A stretch of DNA of 64,000 nucleotides from Parcubacteria group bacterium Gr01-1014_31 (GCA_007376135.1 VMFR01000003.1:11660-75659), one strand, 5' to 3'; positions 30,289 through 42,814 are shown, counted from the stretch's first letter. The notes: a model not told the origin generated them from the sequence alone. Program-made: numbers and translations.

Positions 30289-31488
30289 TTAGGGAAGCAA
30301 CGGGTCAAGGCGTTGGACCTCGGCGGTAAAGGCATCCCGTTGGTCGTCGGGGATAGGTATGCCGGCGGGCAATTCGACGGTGAACGGGTTGACCTTCGCG
30401 CCGCGTTGGTACATTTCGTAGTGTAGGTGCGGCCCGGTCGAGTGGCCCGTCGATCCTACGTAGCCGATGACCTGGCCCTGGGATACGTTCGTTCCCGTCC
30501 GCATACCTTTGGCTAAACGGGAGAAGTGGCCGTAGCGGGTGGTGAATGTTTCATTGTGGCGCACGGTCAGGGAAATACCGTAGCCGTTATTCCAACCGGC
30601 TTGCACCACCACGCCGTCGCCAACCGCAACCGTCGGCGTTCCCATCGGCGCCGCGTAGTCAATGGCGTAATGGGCGGTGATCTTTTTTGAAATGGGATCC
30701 CAGCGCCTGCCGGTGAATCCGGAACTGATGTAGCGATAGGTCAGCGGCGATTTTAAAAAGACGCGCTGCAGGGAATGGCCTTGTTCGTCAAAGTAGCCGC
30801 TCACGCCGTCAGTTGAAAAATGGTAGGCATGGTAGGCGGTGCCGTCATTGGTAAATCGTGCCGTCAGGATATTGCCGGGCATGACGTATTTCCCGTTGCG
30901 AAAGCGCTGTTCGTACGCCACGGCGAACGTATCGCCGACCCGCACGTCAACGGCAAAGTCCACTTGCCAGGCAAAGACTTCGGCCAAGGCGATGGCCAGC
31001 TGGCCGTCATCACCTTGGGAAAGCATCGCTTCCCACAGGGACGAAGTGATCTCGCCCCTCGCTATTGCGGTCCGTACTTCGTAGGGGACGGGCTGCTCAT
31101 CCGCTATCCAGCCGTCGGCGGTGCGGCGAACCGTCACGATATCTTCGCGATTCGGTTCATAGCTGACCGCGACGAGCCGGCCGTCGTCGGCCGAGAATGT
31201 GAACGTGAGCGGCTGGCCGGATCGGAGTTCGGCCAGGGTATGGATCGTTTCGGAAGCCGTCAACACCGCCTGCGCGTCGGTACCCCCGACCTCTGCCCGC
31301 TCGGCGAGGACGCCAAAAGTATCGCCCTCCCCGATGACGAACGGTACCGTCCGATCGGGCGTTGGGGTTGGCGTTTCCGTCGCGGCGGGTGTTGGTGCGT
31401 CCGGCGTGGAACGGCCGCTGCGGGGTAAGAGCAATGTGGCCGTTCCCAGTAGGGCAAATGTTGCAACCAAAAAAATGGTTTTCCGCAT
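30289..31488 (-). CDS. M23 family peptidoglycan endopeptidase (MepM-like)
   Basis: HYAID, YGH, STGPHLHYE; N-terminal TM; start MRKTIF. Confidence 0.92.
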   Translation of the reverse strand: MRKTIFLVATFALLGTATLLLPRSGRSTPDAPTPAATETPTPTPDRTVPFVIGEGDTFGVLAERAEVGGTDAQAVLTASETIHTLAELRSGQPLTFTFSADDGRLVAVSYEPNREDIVTVRRTADGWIADEQPVPYEVRTAIARGEITSSLWEAMLSQGDDGQLAIALAEVFAWQVDFAVDVRVGDTFAVAYEQRFRNGKYVMPGNILTARFTNDGTAYHAYHFSTDGVSGYFDEQGHSLQRVFLKSPLTYRYISSGFTGRRWDPISKKITAHYAIDYAAPMGTPTVAVGDGVVVQAGWNNGYGISLTVRHNETFTTRYGHFSRLAKGMRTGTNVSQGQVIGYVGSTGHSTGPHLHYEMYQRGAKVNPFTVELPAGIPIPDDQRDAFTAEVQRLDPLLP

Positions 31489-31543
31489 ACGTGGGCAACC
31501 ATTATAGCACACTCCCTCAACGGCGGGAGTGTGGAGGGTGGTA

Positions 31544-32404
31544 TTACGTGCCCGTGACTGCGGCAAGGATGATGACACCGCCCACCGCCAGCGTGATGCC
31601 GATTCGCTGGCGGAGGCGTAATTGTTCGCGGTTGACGAGCAATCCCAGCAGTACGGCGAGCGCCACATAGCTTTCGCTGATGGTGATGGCAACGGCGATC
31701 GGGATGAATGTCGTTGCCAGCGCGTAGCCGACCCAGGCGGTGACATCGGCTGCTCCCAGGGCGATGATCAGTCGCCAGTGCGCGCGCACCTGGAAGAGCA
31801 AGCGCTTGATCCTTCGTTGGAACAGAAGCGCCGTCAGCGCTTCCATGGTCAGTGCCGCGTAGGTCACCAGCAGCGCCAGCATCGGCGAAATGTCCTGGCT
31901 GTTCTTGCCGATCAGAAAATTGCTGGCCGCCAAGCCGAAGGCGCTGAAGAATGCCAGCGCGGCTCCTCGTTCCAACCGCGTCGCGGTGCTGGCGCTGGCC
32001 AGCATCATGCCGGTAAAGACCGCCAGGATCAGGCCGATCTGCAGGGGCGACAGCTGTTCGCGGCCGATGGCGATGCTCAGGGCGACGGTCAGCGGCAGCT
32101 CCAGGGCGATGATGGGGGAGACCACCGAGATTTTGCCGCGCCGCAGCGCCAGGAAATTCACTGGCGCCGATACGCAGGCAATCAGGGCGGAGAGCGCGAG
32201 CGGCGGCCACTGGGAATGATCGCCGAGCGCGGCAACCAGCGCCGGTGCAGCGGCCGGCAACAGCGCCAACGTGCCGATGCCCGAGAGCAGGAGCAGGGAC
32301 GCCCACACGCCGACCAGGCGCGCCGTTCGTTGAATGAAAAAATCGCCCAGGCCCCAGCCGACCAAGGCGAGCACGGACAATCCGATGCCAAGCCAGGCGC
32401 GCAT
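31544..32404 (-). CDS. DMT/EamA family transporter
   Basis: about 10 TM in two repeats; WG..DF and SVVSPI motifs. Confidence 0.85.
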   Translation of the reverse strand: MRAWLGIGLSVLALVGWGLGDFFIQRTARLVGVWASLLLLSGIGTLALLPAAAPALVAALGDHSQWPPLALSALIACVSAPVNFLALRRGKISVVSPIIALELPLTVALSIAIGREQLSPLQIGLILAVFTGMMLASASTATRLERGAALAFFSAFGLAASNFLIGKNSQDISPMLALLVTYAALTMEALTALLFQRRIKRLLFQVRAHWRLIIALGAADVTAWVGYALATTFIPIAVAITISESYVALAVLLGLLVNREQLRLRQRIGITLAVGGVIILAAVTGT

Positions 32405-32407
32405 GGG

Positions 32408-32980
32408 CTAGGCGAGTTTGTGCCAGGCCCGCAACAGCCGCTCGCGTCGTGGCTTGGACAGCCGCGTTGGCGCGCGCTGGCGCTGACGGAACGCTTCGTA
32501 GAGAGTGACGGCAGCCGCGACCGACACGTTGAGGCTCTGGGCGAAACCGACCTGGGGAATGCGGAAGGTGCCATCAGCCAGGCGTGCGGCCGCATCACTG
32601 GCGCCGTGGTGCTCGTTGCAAAATACCAGGGCGGTCGGCGGTCGCAATTTCAGCCGATAGAGGCTGATCGGTTTTCCGGCCAAGGTGCTCGCCAGGATGC
32701 GGTATCCCGCGCGGCGCAAGACGCGGTAGCAGGCGACAATGGTGGCGTGCCGTTCGATATGCAGCCATTTCTTGACCCCGGCGGCAGCCTTTGCGCCGAT
32801 GCCCGGGAAGGTGTCCCGGTCATAGACCAGATGTACGTCCTGGATTCCGACGGCATCGCACGTGCGCAGGATGGCGGCGATATTGTGAGGATCCCAGATG
32901 TTCTCCAGAACGACCGTCAGCCCACGCTGGCGGTGAGCGGCGACCTGGAGCAAACGTTTTCGGCGCGCCATCGTTATCAT
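32408..32980 (-). CDS. trmH: TrmH/SpoU tRNA 2'-O-methyltransferase
   Basis: DPHNIAAILRTCDAVG, NEHHG, IPQVGFAQSLNVSVA. Confidence 0.9.
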   Translation of the reverse strand: MITMARRKRLLQVAAHRQRGLTVVLENIWDPHNIAAILRTCDAVGIQDVHLVYDRDTFPGIGAKAAAGVKKWLHIERHATIVACYRVLRRAGYRILASTLAGKPISLYRLKLRPPTALVFCNEHHGASDAAARLADGTFRIPQVGFAQSLNVSVAAAVTLYEAFRQRQRAPTRLSKPRRERLLRAWHKLA

Positions 32981-32984
32981 AGGT

Positions 32985-33764
32985 TCATGGGCAATTACCC
33001 GCCTTGCGGAATCCCGCGGCAATAGCGTCATTCTCGACGCAGAACCATTGTTCATCCTTGGTTTCCTCGATGACCGTCTTTTCATAGGAGCCGCAACCGG
33101 GCAGGTGGTAGATTTTTTCTCCCTTCGTATTGATATTCCCTTTAATGCTGCAGCCACCCGGCGGCGGAGTGGCGGCAACGGCGGCGGCATCGGCGGCAGC
33201 CGCGCATGCGCCCCACAGGCCGCGTTTGGCGGCTTTCGCTTGGGCCATGGCGTCATCCAGCGCAGGAGCGTAGAGGACGTCGGGTGGATAGCGCGAGGCA
33301 AAAGCGAAACCGTCGGCGACCAGCGTTTCGTTCACCATGGTGTCGTTGATGTATACGTAACGCAGCAAGCGGCCGAAGCGGTCGGTGTCGGTGCGGTCGC
33401 GTTCCAGCCGGACCGTTTTCCCCAGTACCAGGCGTTCATTGGCCATTTTGGATTCGTTCGCGAAGCAATCCTTGCGGCTGAACTCCGGCGCGTCGATGCC
33501 CAGGTAGCGCACCCGTCGGCCATCCTTCAGTTCAATGGTGTCGCCGTCAATGACGCGCGCAACGCTCGCGGAGGCATCCAGCGCCAACTCCTCCTCATCG
33601 GTCCAGCTGCTCAGCACCGCCGCCACGGGGGTTGGAGAAGGGGCTGCGGTCGGTATGGCCGCAGGCGACGGACGGTTCAAGCGGGAAACTAATGTCGCGC
33701 CCAGCAGCAAGCCGGCGAAGAAAGGTATGAGCCATCGGCCGCGCAGGACTCCTAGGGGCGCCAT
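32985..33764 (-). CDS. thermonuclease (SNase) family protein
   Basis: [26 protein letters not shown]; C-terminal IKGNI..IYH.P..WFC domain. Confidence 0.92.
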   Translation of the reverse strand: MAPLGVLRGRWLIPFFAGLLLGATLVSRLNRPSPAAIPTAAPSPTPVAAVLSSWTDEEELALDASASVARVIDGDTIELKDGRRVRYLGIDAPEFSRKDCFANESKMANERLVLGKTVRLERDRTDTDRFGRLLRYVYINDTMVNETLVADGFAFASRYPPDVLYAPALDDAMAQAKAAKRGLWGACAAAADAAAVAATPPPGGCSIKGNINTKGEKIYHLPGCGSYEKTVIEETKDEQWFCVENDAIAAGFRKAGNCP

Positions 33765-33771
33765 ACGCGGT

Positions 33772-34638
33772 TTACAGCGTCGGCGGTGCGGGCTCGTCGA
33801 GGGTCGGTTGCACGATCTGTTGGGCGTCGAGCGCCAGTTGCGCGGCGGCTCCCGGGGAAAATCCAAGTTTTCGTAGAACCTCGGGCTGGCCGGCCAACTG
33901 TCGGCACAGCAGCACATCGCGCTGCAGTAGCACCCGCCGCTGGATCCCCGACAGTCGCGGCAGGCAGGTGATGGGGTAGAGGGCGGCGGCCTCGATCAGG
34001 CGTTGGAGGCCGGCTTCCGCCGGGTAACCCCAGCCCAACACTTTGAGGCCGACGCAACGGGCGAAGTTCAGTGCGTCGCTGGTGACCTTGGTGTTGGTGA
34101 CGAGCCACCCTTCGTCGAAGGCGTGGCCGCCGCCGTGTCCGGCGGCGCCACGGTCGCGGATGTCCTCAAAACGCGCCCAAGTGTACATCGCGACCTTGGC
34201 GTCCGACTGCACGCCCCGGCGGTTGTGGTATTTGCATTCCACCATCAGCCGGCGGCCGGCGCGTTCGGCAATGACATCCACTTCATGGCTGATGCAGCGG
34301 CCGGCAACATGCTGCCCGACCAGGGTCGCGTAGCCGTAGTGGTCAAAGATCTTGGCGACGTATCGTTCGAACGGGTAGCCTTCGGGTCCCAACTCCATAA
34401 TGGCGCGTCGCAGCCGATAGCGTGCCGCCACCCGCTGGTCGAGGCGGCCCAATTCGCTGGAGACGCCGAGGGCCAGGTCGTCGGTCGTCAGGCCGGAGTG
34501 CAGACGACCCCGCAGCCGCTGCAACACGGCCCTCACGTGCTCGGGGTTGGCGCCGACCCGCTGCAGGGAGGAAACCAGCTTATCCTCGCGGAACGGCTCG
34601 TGCCAGTGTGTGGCTTTCTGGATGCGAAATGTCCGCAC
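33772..34638 (-). CDS. ATP-cone plus Mrr-like PD-(D/E)xK nuclease domain protein
   Basis: N-terminal ATP-cone-like segment; [21 protein letters not shown]. Confidence 0.8.
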   Translation of the reverse strand: MRTFRIQKATHWHEPFREDKLVSSLQRVGANPEHVRAVLQRLRGRLHSGLTTDDLALGVSSELGRLDQRVAARYRLRRAIMELGPEGYPFERYVAKIFDHYGYATLVGQHVAGRCISHEVDVIAERAGRRLMVECKYHNRRGVQSDAKVAMYTWARFEDIRDRGAAGHGGGHAFDEGWLVTNTKVTSDALNFARCVGLKVLGWGYPAEAGLQRLIEAAALYPITCLPRLSGIQRRVLLQRDVLLCRQLAGQPEVLRKLGFSPGAAAQLALDAQQIVQPTLDEPAPPTL

Positions 34639-34650
34639 AGTCCAGCGCGG

Positions 34651-35715
34651 TTAGCCAACACTGCTCGATGGTCGTTGGCCGGCGGTTTTGTCGCGGAATT
34701 CCTGCTGGTAGATCTCCAGCAAAGCGAGGAAGACGCTCAGAATGATCGGGCCGGCCACAAATCCGACCACGCCAAAGACCTGCAGTCCGCCCAGTACCGA
34801 CACCAGCACGAGCAGGGGGTTGATCCTAACTCGCGAGCCGATGAACTCGGGGTTGAGCAAGTTGTCGATGAGGCCGACGACCAACACACCCCAGAGTGTC
34901 AGTCCGATGGCCGTACCCGTATGACCGCCAACGAAAAGGTAGATCACCGCAGGAACGATGACGGTCGCCGTGCCGAGCCACGGCACGAACGAAATAGGCA
35001 CGGTCACCATGCCCCAGAGCACCGCGCCCGGGACCCCGAACATCAGAAATCCGACGCCGGTCAGCACGCCTTGGATGACGGCCAGGAGCAGCGCGCCGAG
35101 GATGACCGAGGTGACCATCAATCGCACGCGCGCGATGATCTTGGCATCATAGTGGTTGGGCAGCGGCGACAGCTGGGCGAAAAGTTTTGGCAGCTTATCT
35201 CCCTCTTTGAAGAAGTAGTACAGGCCGTAGAGGAACACCACGATGTGAATGAAGGTGCCCGCGACGCTCGACAGGATGCCGGCGGCATGGCTGATGAAGA
35301 AACGGAGCGCCTGCCCGATGTACTCATCGACGTTGAGCGCCGCCGGGTCGAACGACGGGCTGATTTTGCCGAAGAAATTTTCAGGCAGGTCGATCAGCTG
35401 CTGCAGGACGCGGTCGAAGAGCCCACCTTGCTGCAGCCGTATGACGAACTGCTGGGCTTCCAGGACAGCGGTCGCCGTCAGCGCAAAAATCGGCAGCAGC
35501 ACCCCGGACAGCACAATGAGCATGCTGACGAACGCCGCGATGGTCCCGTGCCCAAGCCATACCCGCAGCCGCCGATGCAGCGGCCAAAAGATGATGGCCA
35601 GCGTCGCCGCAAACAGCAGCGGGGTCAGGTAGGGCCGAAACAGCCTCGCCACCAGCGCAAATGCGACGGCGAGGAGGCCGAAGAAAAAGACGTTCTGAAA
35701 ATGACGTTGTTGCAT
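34651..35715 (-). CDS. AI-2E family transporter
   Basis: A..QG, P..GT, IDNLL.P, GF..GP motifs; multi-TM. Confidence 0.9.
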   Translation of the reverse strand: MQQRHFQNVFFFGLLAVAFALVARLFRPYLTPLLFAATLAIIFWPLHRRLRVWLGHGTIAAFVSMLIVLSGVLLPIFALTATAVLEAQQFVIRLQQGGLFDRVLQQLIDLPENFFGKISPSFDPAALNVDEYIGQALRFFISHAAGILSSVAGTFIHIVVFLYGLYYFFKEGDKLPKLFAQLSPLPNHYDAKIIARVRLMVTSVILGALLLAVIQGVLTGVGFLMFGVPGAVLWGMVTVPISFVPWLGTATVIVPAVIYLFVGGHTGTAIGLTLWGVLVVGLIDNLLNPEFIGSRVRINPLLVLVSVLGGLQVFGVVGFVAGPIILSVFLALLEIYQQEFRDKTAGQRPSSSVG

Positions 35716-35716
35716 A

Positions 35717-35817
35717 CCCGGTAGTACAACGGTCGGGCAAGAGTTGCGTTACGACTTAATAAATATTGAATCGCTGCCTAATATCCTTCGGCCGCATGGG
35801 CCCGTTGTCCTACCGAG
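35717..35817 (-). mobile_element. ~100-bp inverted-end element, family 1 (copy C)
   Basis: CCCGGTAGTACAACGG ... CCGTTGTCCTACCGAG flanked by CATA direct repeats. Confidence 0.8.
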
Positions 35818-35873
35818 CATACCCTCATTGTACGCTTCCTAGCCATTTTTTGCTACTAGGGAGGTTTTTGCCC

Positions 35874-35901
35874 TTGACAAATCGTGGTTTTTTGGTATAC
35901 T
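35874..35901 (+). promoter_or_regulatory. sigma70 promoter
   Basis: TTGACA-N16-TATACT; GGAGGAGGT Shine-Dalgarno downstream. Confidence 0.7.
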
Positions 35902-35958
35902 GCGTGTTTCGCTGTTCTTTCCGTTCCGTGGTTTTTAGGAGTTTGGAGGAGGTGTACC

Positions 35959-36894
35959 TTGAATCATGAGCAATGGTTTTCCCGCCTGCGCGAGCAGGCT
36001 CGCGCGGTCGCCGATCATCAGGCAAAAGCATCCGAATTCAGGATGTTCGGCCACGTCATTGGCTGTATCGACGGGCGATGCGGCGCCCCAGTGTACGGTT
36101 CGTTGCCGTACAAGCACTCTCGGATCCTGGGCGCCTACGTCGACCGACGCAACGCCCGCGCGATCATGCGGCGACTGCGCCACGATGCGCAGCGGGCCGA
36201 GGCACGCGGTTTGCGGCAGCTGGTGGTGTGCGAAACGCATACCGACTGCGCGTACCGCGCGGCGCTGGGCGTGAGCGAACTCGAAGTGTGGGAGAACTTC
36301 TGCAGCTGGTGCCGCTCGGTGCCGAACACCGAATTGGTGTGGATCTCGCGCGACGTGGCGAACGGCGCGGTGCGCATCCATGCGGCTCACGGCATCGTCG
36401 ACGCGGCGCGCTGCCGCGAGTTCTCCCCGCGCGGGCTATCCCTGTCGCAGATGTCGGAGCTCCTGCAACGTGCAGGGATCACCGGGTACGACCTCGTGCA
36501 CGACCTGTCGCGGTGCCTGCAGGGAAACATCGCCTATCTGGGGCAACCCTACCGCTGTTCGCAGCACAAAGAGGAGGGGATCGTCGTCGGTTCCGGCTTG
36601 GCGGGCGATCCGTCATACTTCATGGTCTCCGACCGCGTCGAACGTCTGAAACCCGCGCTGGGCGTGGCGGCCAATCTGCTGCTCCAGCGCCAGTCACGGC
36701 CCATTCCCGTGGCCGTGGTCATCCAGCGGCACCCGCATCGTTCCGATAAGAACGATACCTATGCGGCCAATCTGCACGCGCTCAAGGGTGAGGTCTCCCG
36801 CGCGTTGCAGCAGCTCAGCTGCCAAGAATCCTTCCCCCTCATGACCGCCTACGCCGTTAAAGGCCGCGGCGATCTCGTTCCTTGTAACACATGA
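35959..36894 (+). CDS. hypothetical protein with beta-carbonic-anhydrase-like Zn motifs
   Basis: CIDGR and HTDC; TTG start after a strong SD. Confidence 0.6.
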   Translation: MNHEQWFSRLREQARAVADHQAKASEFRMFGHVIGCIDGRCGAPVYGSLPYKHSRILGAYVDRRNARAIMRRLRHDAQRAEARGLRQLVVCETHTDCAYRAALGVSELEVWENFCSWCRSVPNTELVWISRDVANGAVRIHAAHGIVDAARCREFSPRGLSLSQMSELLQRAGITGYDLVHDLSRCLQGNIAYLGQPYRCSQHKEEGIVVGSGLAGDPSYFMVSDRVERLKPALGVAANLLLQRQSRPIPVAVVIQRHPHRSDKNDTYAANLHALKGEVSRALQQLSCQESFPLMTAYAVKGRGDLVPCNT

Positions 36895-36951
36895 GCAGTA
36901 CCTGCTCGTGCCTCACGGCGGCGGTGGTACCCCCACTGCCGCTTTCTTTTT

Positions 36952-37986
36952 TTATACAATCAGCATCGCGTCGCCGTAGGAATAGAAGCGATAGCCCGCA
37001 GCGATTGCCTCCTGGTAGGCCGCCAGCACCAGGTCGCGTCCGCCAAATGCGCATACCAGCAGCAGCAAGCTGGAGCGGGGGAGATGAAAATTGGTGACCA
37101 ACCCATCAACGGCCTGGAAACGGAAGCCGGGCGTGATGAAGAGGGTCGTTTCCCCACCGCCGGCGGAAACCATGCCGCGGTGGTCAAGGGCGGATTGTTC
37201 CAGCGTGCGCACTGTCGTGGTGCCGACCGCCACGACCCGGCCTCCGCGCCGGCGGCAAGCATTGATGGCCGCGGCCGCCGGGGGCGTTATCGCGTAGCGT
37301 TCGGCGTGCAATTGGCCGGTCTGCAGTTGCCGAGGGCGCAGTGGCTGGAACGTGCCTAGCCCGACGTGGAGGGTAACCGCCGTTGATGCGATGCCGCGCT
37401 GGCGCAGCGCAGCAAGCAGCGCCGGGGTGAAATGCAGTCCGGCGGTCGGTGCGGCCACCGCCCCCGGATTTTTTGCGAACATCGTTTGGTAGTTGACGCG
37501 GTCGGCCGGAAAATCCTCGCGTCCCAGGTAGGGCGGCAGCGGCACATGGCCGGCCTCGTCCAAAATTTTTTCCAGTGGGACATCGGTCTGCAGGGCGACG
37601 GTCGCCAGTCCTTCCGGATGCTTGGCGGTGATAGTGACACGCAGTTCCTTGGATACCGTCAGCGTCTCCCCAACGCGGCATTTGCTGGCGGGCTTGAGCA
37701 ATGCCTCCCACGAACCCGGGGCCAACTCCCGGTGGAGCAGCAGTTCCACGGCGCCACCCGACGCGCGGATAGCCCGCAGCCGCGCCCAGATGACCTTGGT
37801 GTCGTTGACAACCAAGCAGTCGGCGGGCGCCAGGAGGGCCGGCAGGTCGGCAAAGGTTCGGTGCTGCCACGATTGCGTCCGCCGGTCGATGACCAGCAGC
37901 CGTTCGGTGCCGCGCGCGAGGGGTTCCCGCGCGATCAATGACGGCGGCAGCCGGAAGTCGTACGATTGCAGATCGGCAGGCAGCAT
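36952..37986 (-). CDS. queA: SAM:tRNA ribosyltransferase-isomerase
   Basis: VPLPPY, YQT.FA, AAPTAGLHF, TNFHLPRS, YRFYSYGDAM. Confidence 0.96.
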   Translation of the reverse strand: MLPADLQSYDFRLPPSLIAREPLARGTERLLVIDRRTQSWQHRTFADLPALLAPADCLVVNDTKVIWARLRAIRASGGAVELLLHRELAPGSWEALLKPASKCRVGETLTVSKELRVTITAKHPEGLATVALQTDVPLEKILDEAGHVPLPPYLGREDFPADRVNYQTMFAKNPGAVAAPTAGLHFTPALLAALRQRGIASTAVTLHVGLGTFQPLRPRQLQTGQLHAERYAITPPAAAAINACRRRGGRVVAVGTTTVRTLEQSALDHRGMVSAGGGETTLFITPGFRFQAVDGLVTNFHLPRSSLLLLVCAFGGRDLVLAAYQEAIAAGYRFYSYGDAMLIV

Positions 37987-37987
37987 A

Positions 37988-38087
37988 CCCCGTAGGACAA
38001 CGGTTAAACGTATGGTCTTCGTGTTACGACGTAAAAAGTATCTGTGCCGCCGTTTCTTTTCCATCCCCAGCCCGTTGTACTACGGGG
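37988..38087 (-). mobile_element. ~100-bp inverted-end element, family 1 (copy A)
   Basis: CCCCGTAGGACAACGG ... CCGTTGTACTACGGGG flanked by CATA direct repeats. Confidence 0.8.
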
Positions 38088-38208
38088 CATAGGGTCGGCC
38101 TTATCGTAGGGTGCCACGCCGACGGTGTCAAAATCGTCCTGCGTTGCGTTTTTTCGTCTTCTATGGTATGGTGGTGCACACCCCGCGGGGATTTTTTATT
38201 TACGTTCC

Positions 38209-40029
<1,821 letters not shown>

Positions 40030-40139
40030 CGTCGGTTCGCGTCGCCCGCGCGTCAGCCGCGCGGTTTTTTATTTCCCTACCTCCAAATACTCGTTCCCCC
40101 AAGGCGAGACGGGATGAATAGAGGAGAAAAAGGAAATAA

Positions 40140-40285
40140 CCCCGCACCAATTTTGCCGTACCCCTCCGCTCCACCATAGTTTTGGCACGCCGTGGCGAAC
40201 GGCCGCGAAGCGCGAGGCCGAATAGGCCTCCCCGTTCTGGGCGCAGCGCTTCGCCGTATCCTCTGGAGCTAAATTGGTGCTGGGG
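40140..40285. repeat. ~150-bp palindromic element, family 2, copy 2
   Basis: CCCCGCACCAATTT ... AAATTGGTGCTGGGG; core shared with 28621-28681. Confidence 0.75.
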
Positions 40286-40319
40286 TTGGTGGGGTGATAC
40301 CACCCCGTTTGCGGAGTGG

Positions 40320-40934
40320 TTATTTACTGTCGTGTATAGACCATAGCCAACCCATGGTTGCCGTCGCCGCAGTCCCCAGCAGCACGAACGTCGCGGCCGT
40401 CTGGAAGTATTGCGGTGGGAAGAGGACAACCAGCTTGCTTTCCGCCGGGTCGAACGCCCACGGCGCCTGGATAAAGACCATCTGATGGAACCATTGGAAT
40501 GCCGCGGCGAATGTCAGGCTTCCGAGCACGAGGAATCCCAGCGTTACCGCCAGGGAGGCTTGGCACGCCGAGCGCAGGGCCTGCCGCAGCCATGGTATGC
40601 CGTGCCCGCGGTATCCGCGGAAACCTAAAACGATGGCAGCCAGAGTGCAAGCGAGCAGGAGCCATGGCACGGTGCCGATGATAGTCGCAACCTCCTGGAG
40701 GTGGGCGCGTTCATCCGGGGTGTAGCGGGCAATCAGGGCAGTATCGCGGGTATAAAAAAACCGTTGCAGCTGCGCGGTTGCCTCCAGCCGTTCTCGGGCG
40801 GACGAGCCGGTAACCGGAGTAAGGGCAACAAGCAACTGCTGCGGCTGCGACAGGAAGATGACGCCCAGTGTGAACGCGCACACGGCACCCGCTGTTGCCG
40901 CCGCGGCAAAGAGTGAAATTCGCAGTGATGACAT
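40320..40934 (-). CDS. DUF1461/Lit-like integral membrane protein
   Basis: E..HL.EV, F..FHQ.VF, W.FDP..L..LFP..YF. Confidence 0.75.
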   Translation of the reverse strand: MSSLRISLFAAAATAGAVCAFTLGVIFLSQPQQLLVALTPVTGSSARERLEATAQLQRFFYTRDTALIARYTPDERAHLQEVATIIGTVPWLLLACTLAAIVLGFRGYRGHGIPWLRQALRSACQASLAVTLGFLVLGSLTFAAAFQWFHQMVFIQAPWAFDPAESKLVVLFPPQYFQTAATFVLLGTAATATMGWLWSIHDSK

Positions 40935-41899
40935 CACGAGGGTGTCGGGGGAGGGCTGGCGGTCGTGATCGTTCGCGGAGGTACCGCCGATGCCGCCGCG
41001 CGTCGCACTGCTTGCTGGCGGTATTTGAGGAATAATCCGATGGCGTGCGAACCGACCACGAACACGACCGGCAGCCAGAACACAACCTGGGTGGACAGCG
41101 GCCGGTTTCCGACCACGCCGCGCCAGATGTGAACGACCACCGACAGGTAGGCGGCGTATACCAGGAGGTGCAGCTGGCGCCAGCCGTTCGGTGTCCGGTG
41201 GGCAAAATGCTGGACGCGCCACGGGGCAAGCCAGAGCCACCAGACGGCGATGCCGACGAGGATGATTTTTTCCAGCGGCGTCAATCCGCCGCCGCGCCAC
41301 CCCAGCCCCAGCAGTCCAAGGTAGGGGAGCAGGGTGAGCGTATGGATGATGCTCCACGAGCGCAGAGTGATCTTTCCTTGCGCCCAGTCCCAGGAGGTCA
41401 GCCCCAGCAGCTCGATGATGTAGATCGACGCGGCGCCAAAGACGTTGGAGCCGATCATCAGCGCCAGCGGAACCTGGTTATTGTAGTAGCTGGAAAGTAC
41501 GATGTTGACGTGGGTGAGCGCCAGCAGCAGGCCCGTGACGCCGACATGCCGACGGTGTTTCATTAGGCGCACAAAGCGCGGGCGGAAGAAGCGCGACCAG
41601 GGGCCAATGAGCAGCGTCGCATTGAGGAAGACAAACGCGAGGATGGCCGTAGTGATGAGGACCAGCAGCAGGCCGTCCGTCGCGGGCCACCGCAGGCGGG
41701 CAAGTCCCAGGATCAAGGCAATAACAGCGCCAAGGCCGGCGTCAACCCACGCTCGCCGCACGGTTGCCAGGACGGCGATAATGACCGCGCAGCCCAGGGT
41801 GACTGGCAAGGCACGGTCGGCGAGCGCGGGGATACGCGGCAGCAGGGCCGCATTGCCCAGCGCCAGGATGAGCGCGACAGGTATGTGGTTGAGCGGCAT
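40934..41899 (-). CDS. ferric reductase-like (MsrQ-like) heme membrane protein
   Basis: RRHVG..LALTH, LGLTS, WRQLHLLVY..VVH. Confidence 0.7.
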   Translation of the reverse strand: MPLNHIPVALILALGNAALLPRIPALADRALPVTLGCAVIIAVLATVRRAWVDAGLGAVIALILGLARLRWPATDGLLLVLITTAILAFVFLNATLLIGPWSRFFRPRFVRLMKHRRHVGVTGLLLALTHVNIVLSSYYNNQVPLALMIGSNVFGAASIYIIELLGLTSWDWAQGKITLRSWSIIHTLTLLPYLGLLGLGWRGGGLTPLEKIILVGIAVWWLWLAPWRVQHFAHRTPNGWRQLHLLVYAAYLSVVVHIWRGVVGNRPLSTQVVFWLPVVFVVGSHAIGLFLKYRQQAVRRAAASAVPPRTITTASPPPTPS

Positions 41900-41913
41900 A
41901 GGGGAAACGTTGT

Positions 41914-42717
41914 CTAGTATACCATTCCTCGCCGGATATCCCGCAGCGCCGCGGCCAGGTCCGATGCCAGAAAGTAGTACCCGCCGTACTTTTTTCGAAG
42001 CGCATCGCCGACCCGGCCCAGCCGATAGACGGCATTGATGGATGCCTGGAGCGGGTCGCCCGACTGCGCGATCAAACCCGCGATGAAGCCCGCCAACACA
42101 TCGCCGGTTCCGGCTTTGGTCAGTCCCGGGTTGCCCGTGCGGTTTTGAAGCCTGCCTCGCATTGAGTAGATCACGGTTCGCCAGCTTTTTGCCACGATGA
42201 TGTTACCTTTGGCAACCAGCGCACGCAGGTCGCAACGGCGCTGCAGGCGCAGATACTCGCCGCGATTGGGCGTTAGGACGGCGTTTCGTAGGCTTTGCGG
42301 ATCGAACGCGTCTAGGGCCGCGGCGTCCAGTACCTTACATCTAGGGAGAGCGGCAAGGCGTTTGAGTAGGGAAAGTGACTGCGGTCGCGGGTGCACGCCA
42401 CCGCCGAGTAACAAGCAGTCGGCCCGCGAGGCCATTTTTTTCAGCTCCGAAAAATGCCGTACCGACAGGAATTGCCCCGGCAGTTTGCGGGTGACCAGGT
42501 CAGGGGAGCAGCCGTTGATGGCCCAGGCGACTTTTTCGGGCGCGGCGACCACTACCGAATCTGCCCCGCTGCGCAGGGCGGCGATGCCGGAAAGCGCGGG
42601 CGCGCCGCTATACTCCGGAGAGCCGCCGACGATCAACACCCGGCCGTTATCGCCCTTACGGGAGTTTGGCTGGCGGGTCGGCCAGCGGAGATGGCGGCGG
42701 GTGATAACGGTGGACAT
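41914..42717 (-). CDS. nnrD: ADP-dependent NAD(P)HX dehydratase
   Basis: KG..GRVLIVGGS.EYSGA, VLDA, LTPN.GE, AGTGDVLAG. Confidence 0.9.
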   Translation of the reverse strand: MSTVITRRHLRWPTRQPNSRKGDNGRVLIVGGSPEYSGAPALSGIAALRSGADSVVVAAPEKVAWAINGCSPDLVTRKLPGQFLSVRHFSELKKMASRADCLLLGGGVHPRPQSLSLLKRLAALPRCKVLDAAALDAFDPQSLRNAVLTPNRGEYLRLQRRCDLRALVAKGNIIVAKSWRTVIYSMRGRLQNRTGNPGLTKAGTGDVLAGFIAGLIAQSGDPLQASINAVYRLGRVGDALRKKYGGYYFLASDLAAALRDIRRGMVY

Positions 42718-42766
42718 AGGGGACGCATCGTCAGTATACGCGGCGCACGAAAAGGCGTCGACCAGC

Positions 42767-42799
42767 AAAAAACCAGCCCGGTCAGCAGGCTGGTTTTTT
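42767..42799. terminator. intrinsic terminator
   Basis: aaaaaaccagcc...ggctggtttttt. Confidence 0.75.
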
Positions 42800-42814
42800 C
42801 GTCTTGTCGAGGTA

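Noticed and set aside
34003-35724. Long antisense or alternative-frame ORFs (e.g. 34003-35724, 28729-30114, 47480-49192, 31622-33025)
   Set aside because: Shadows of real genes in GC-rich DNA; no recognisable motifs.
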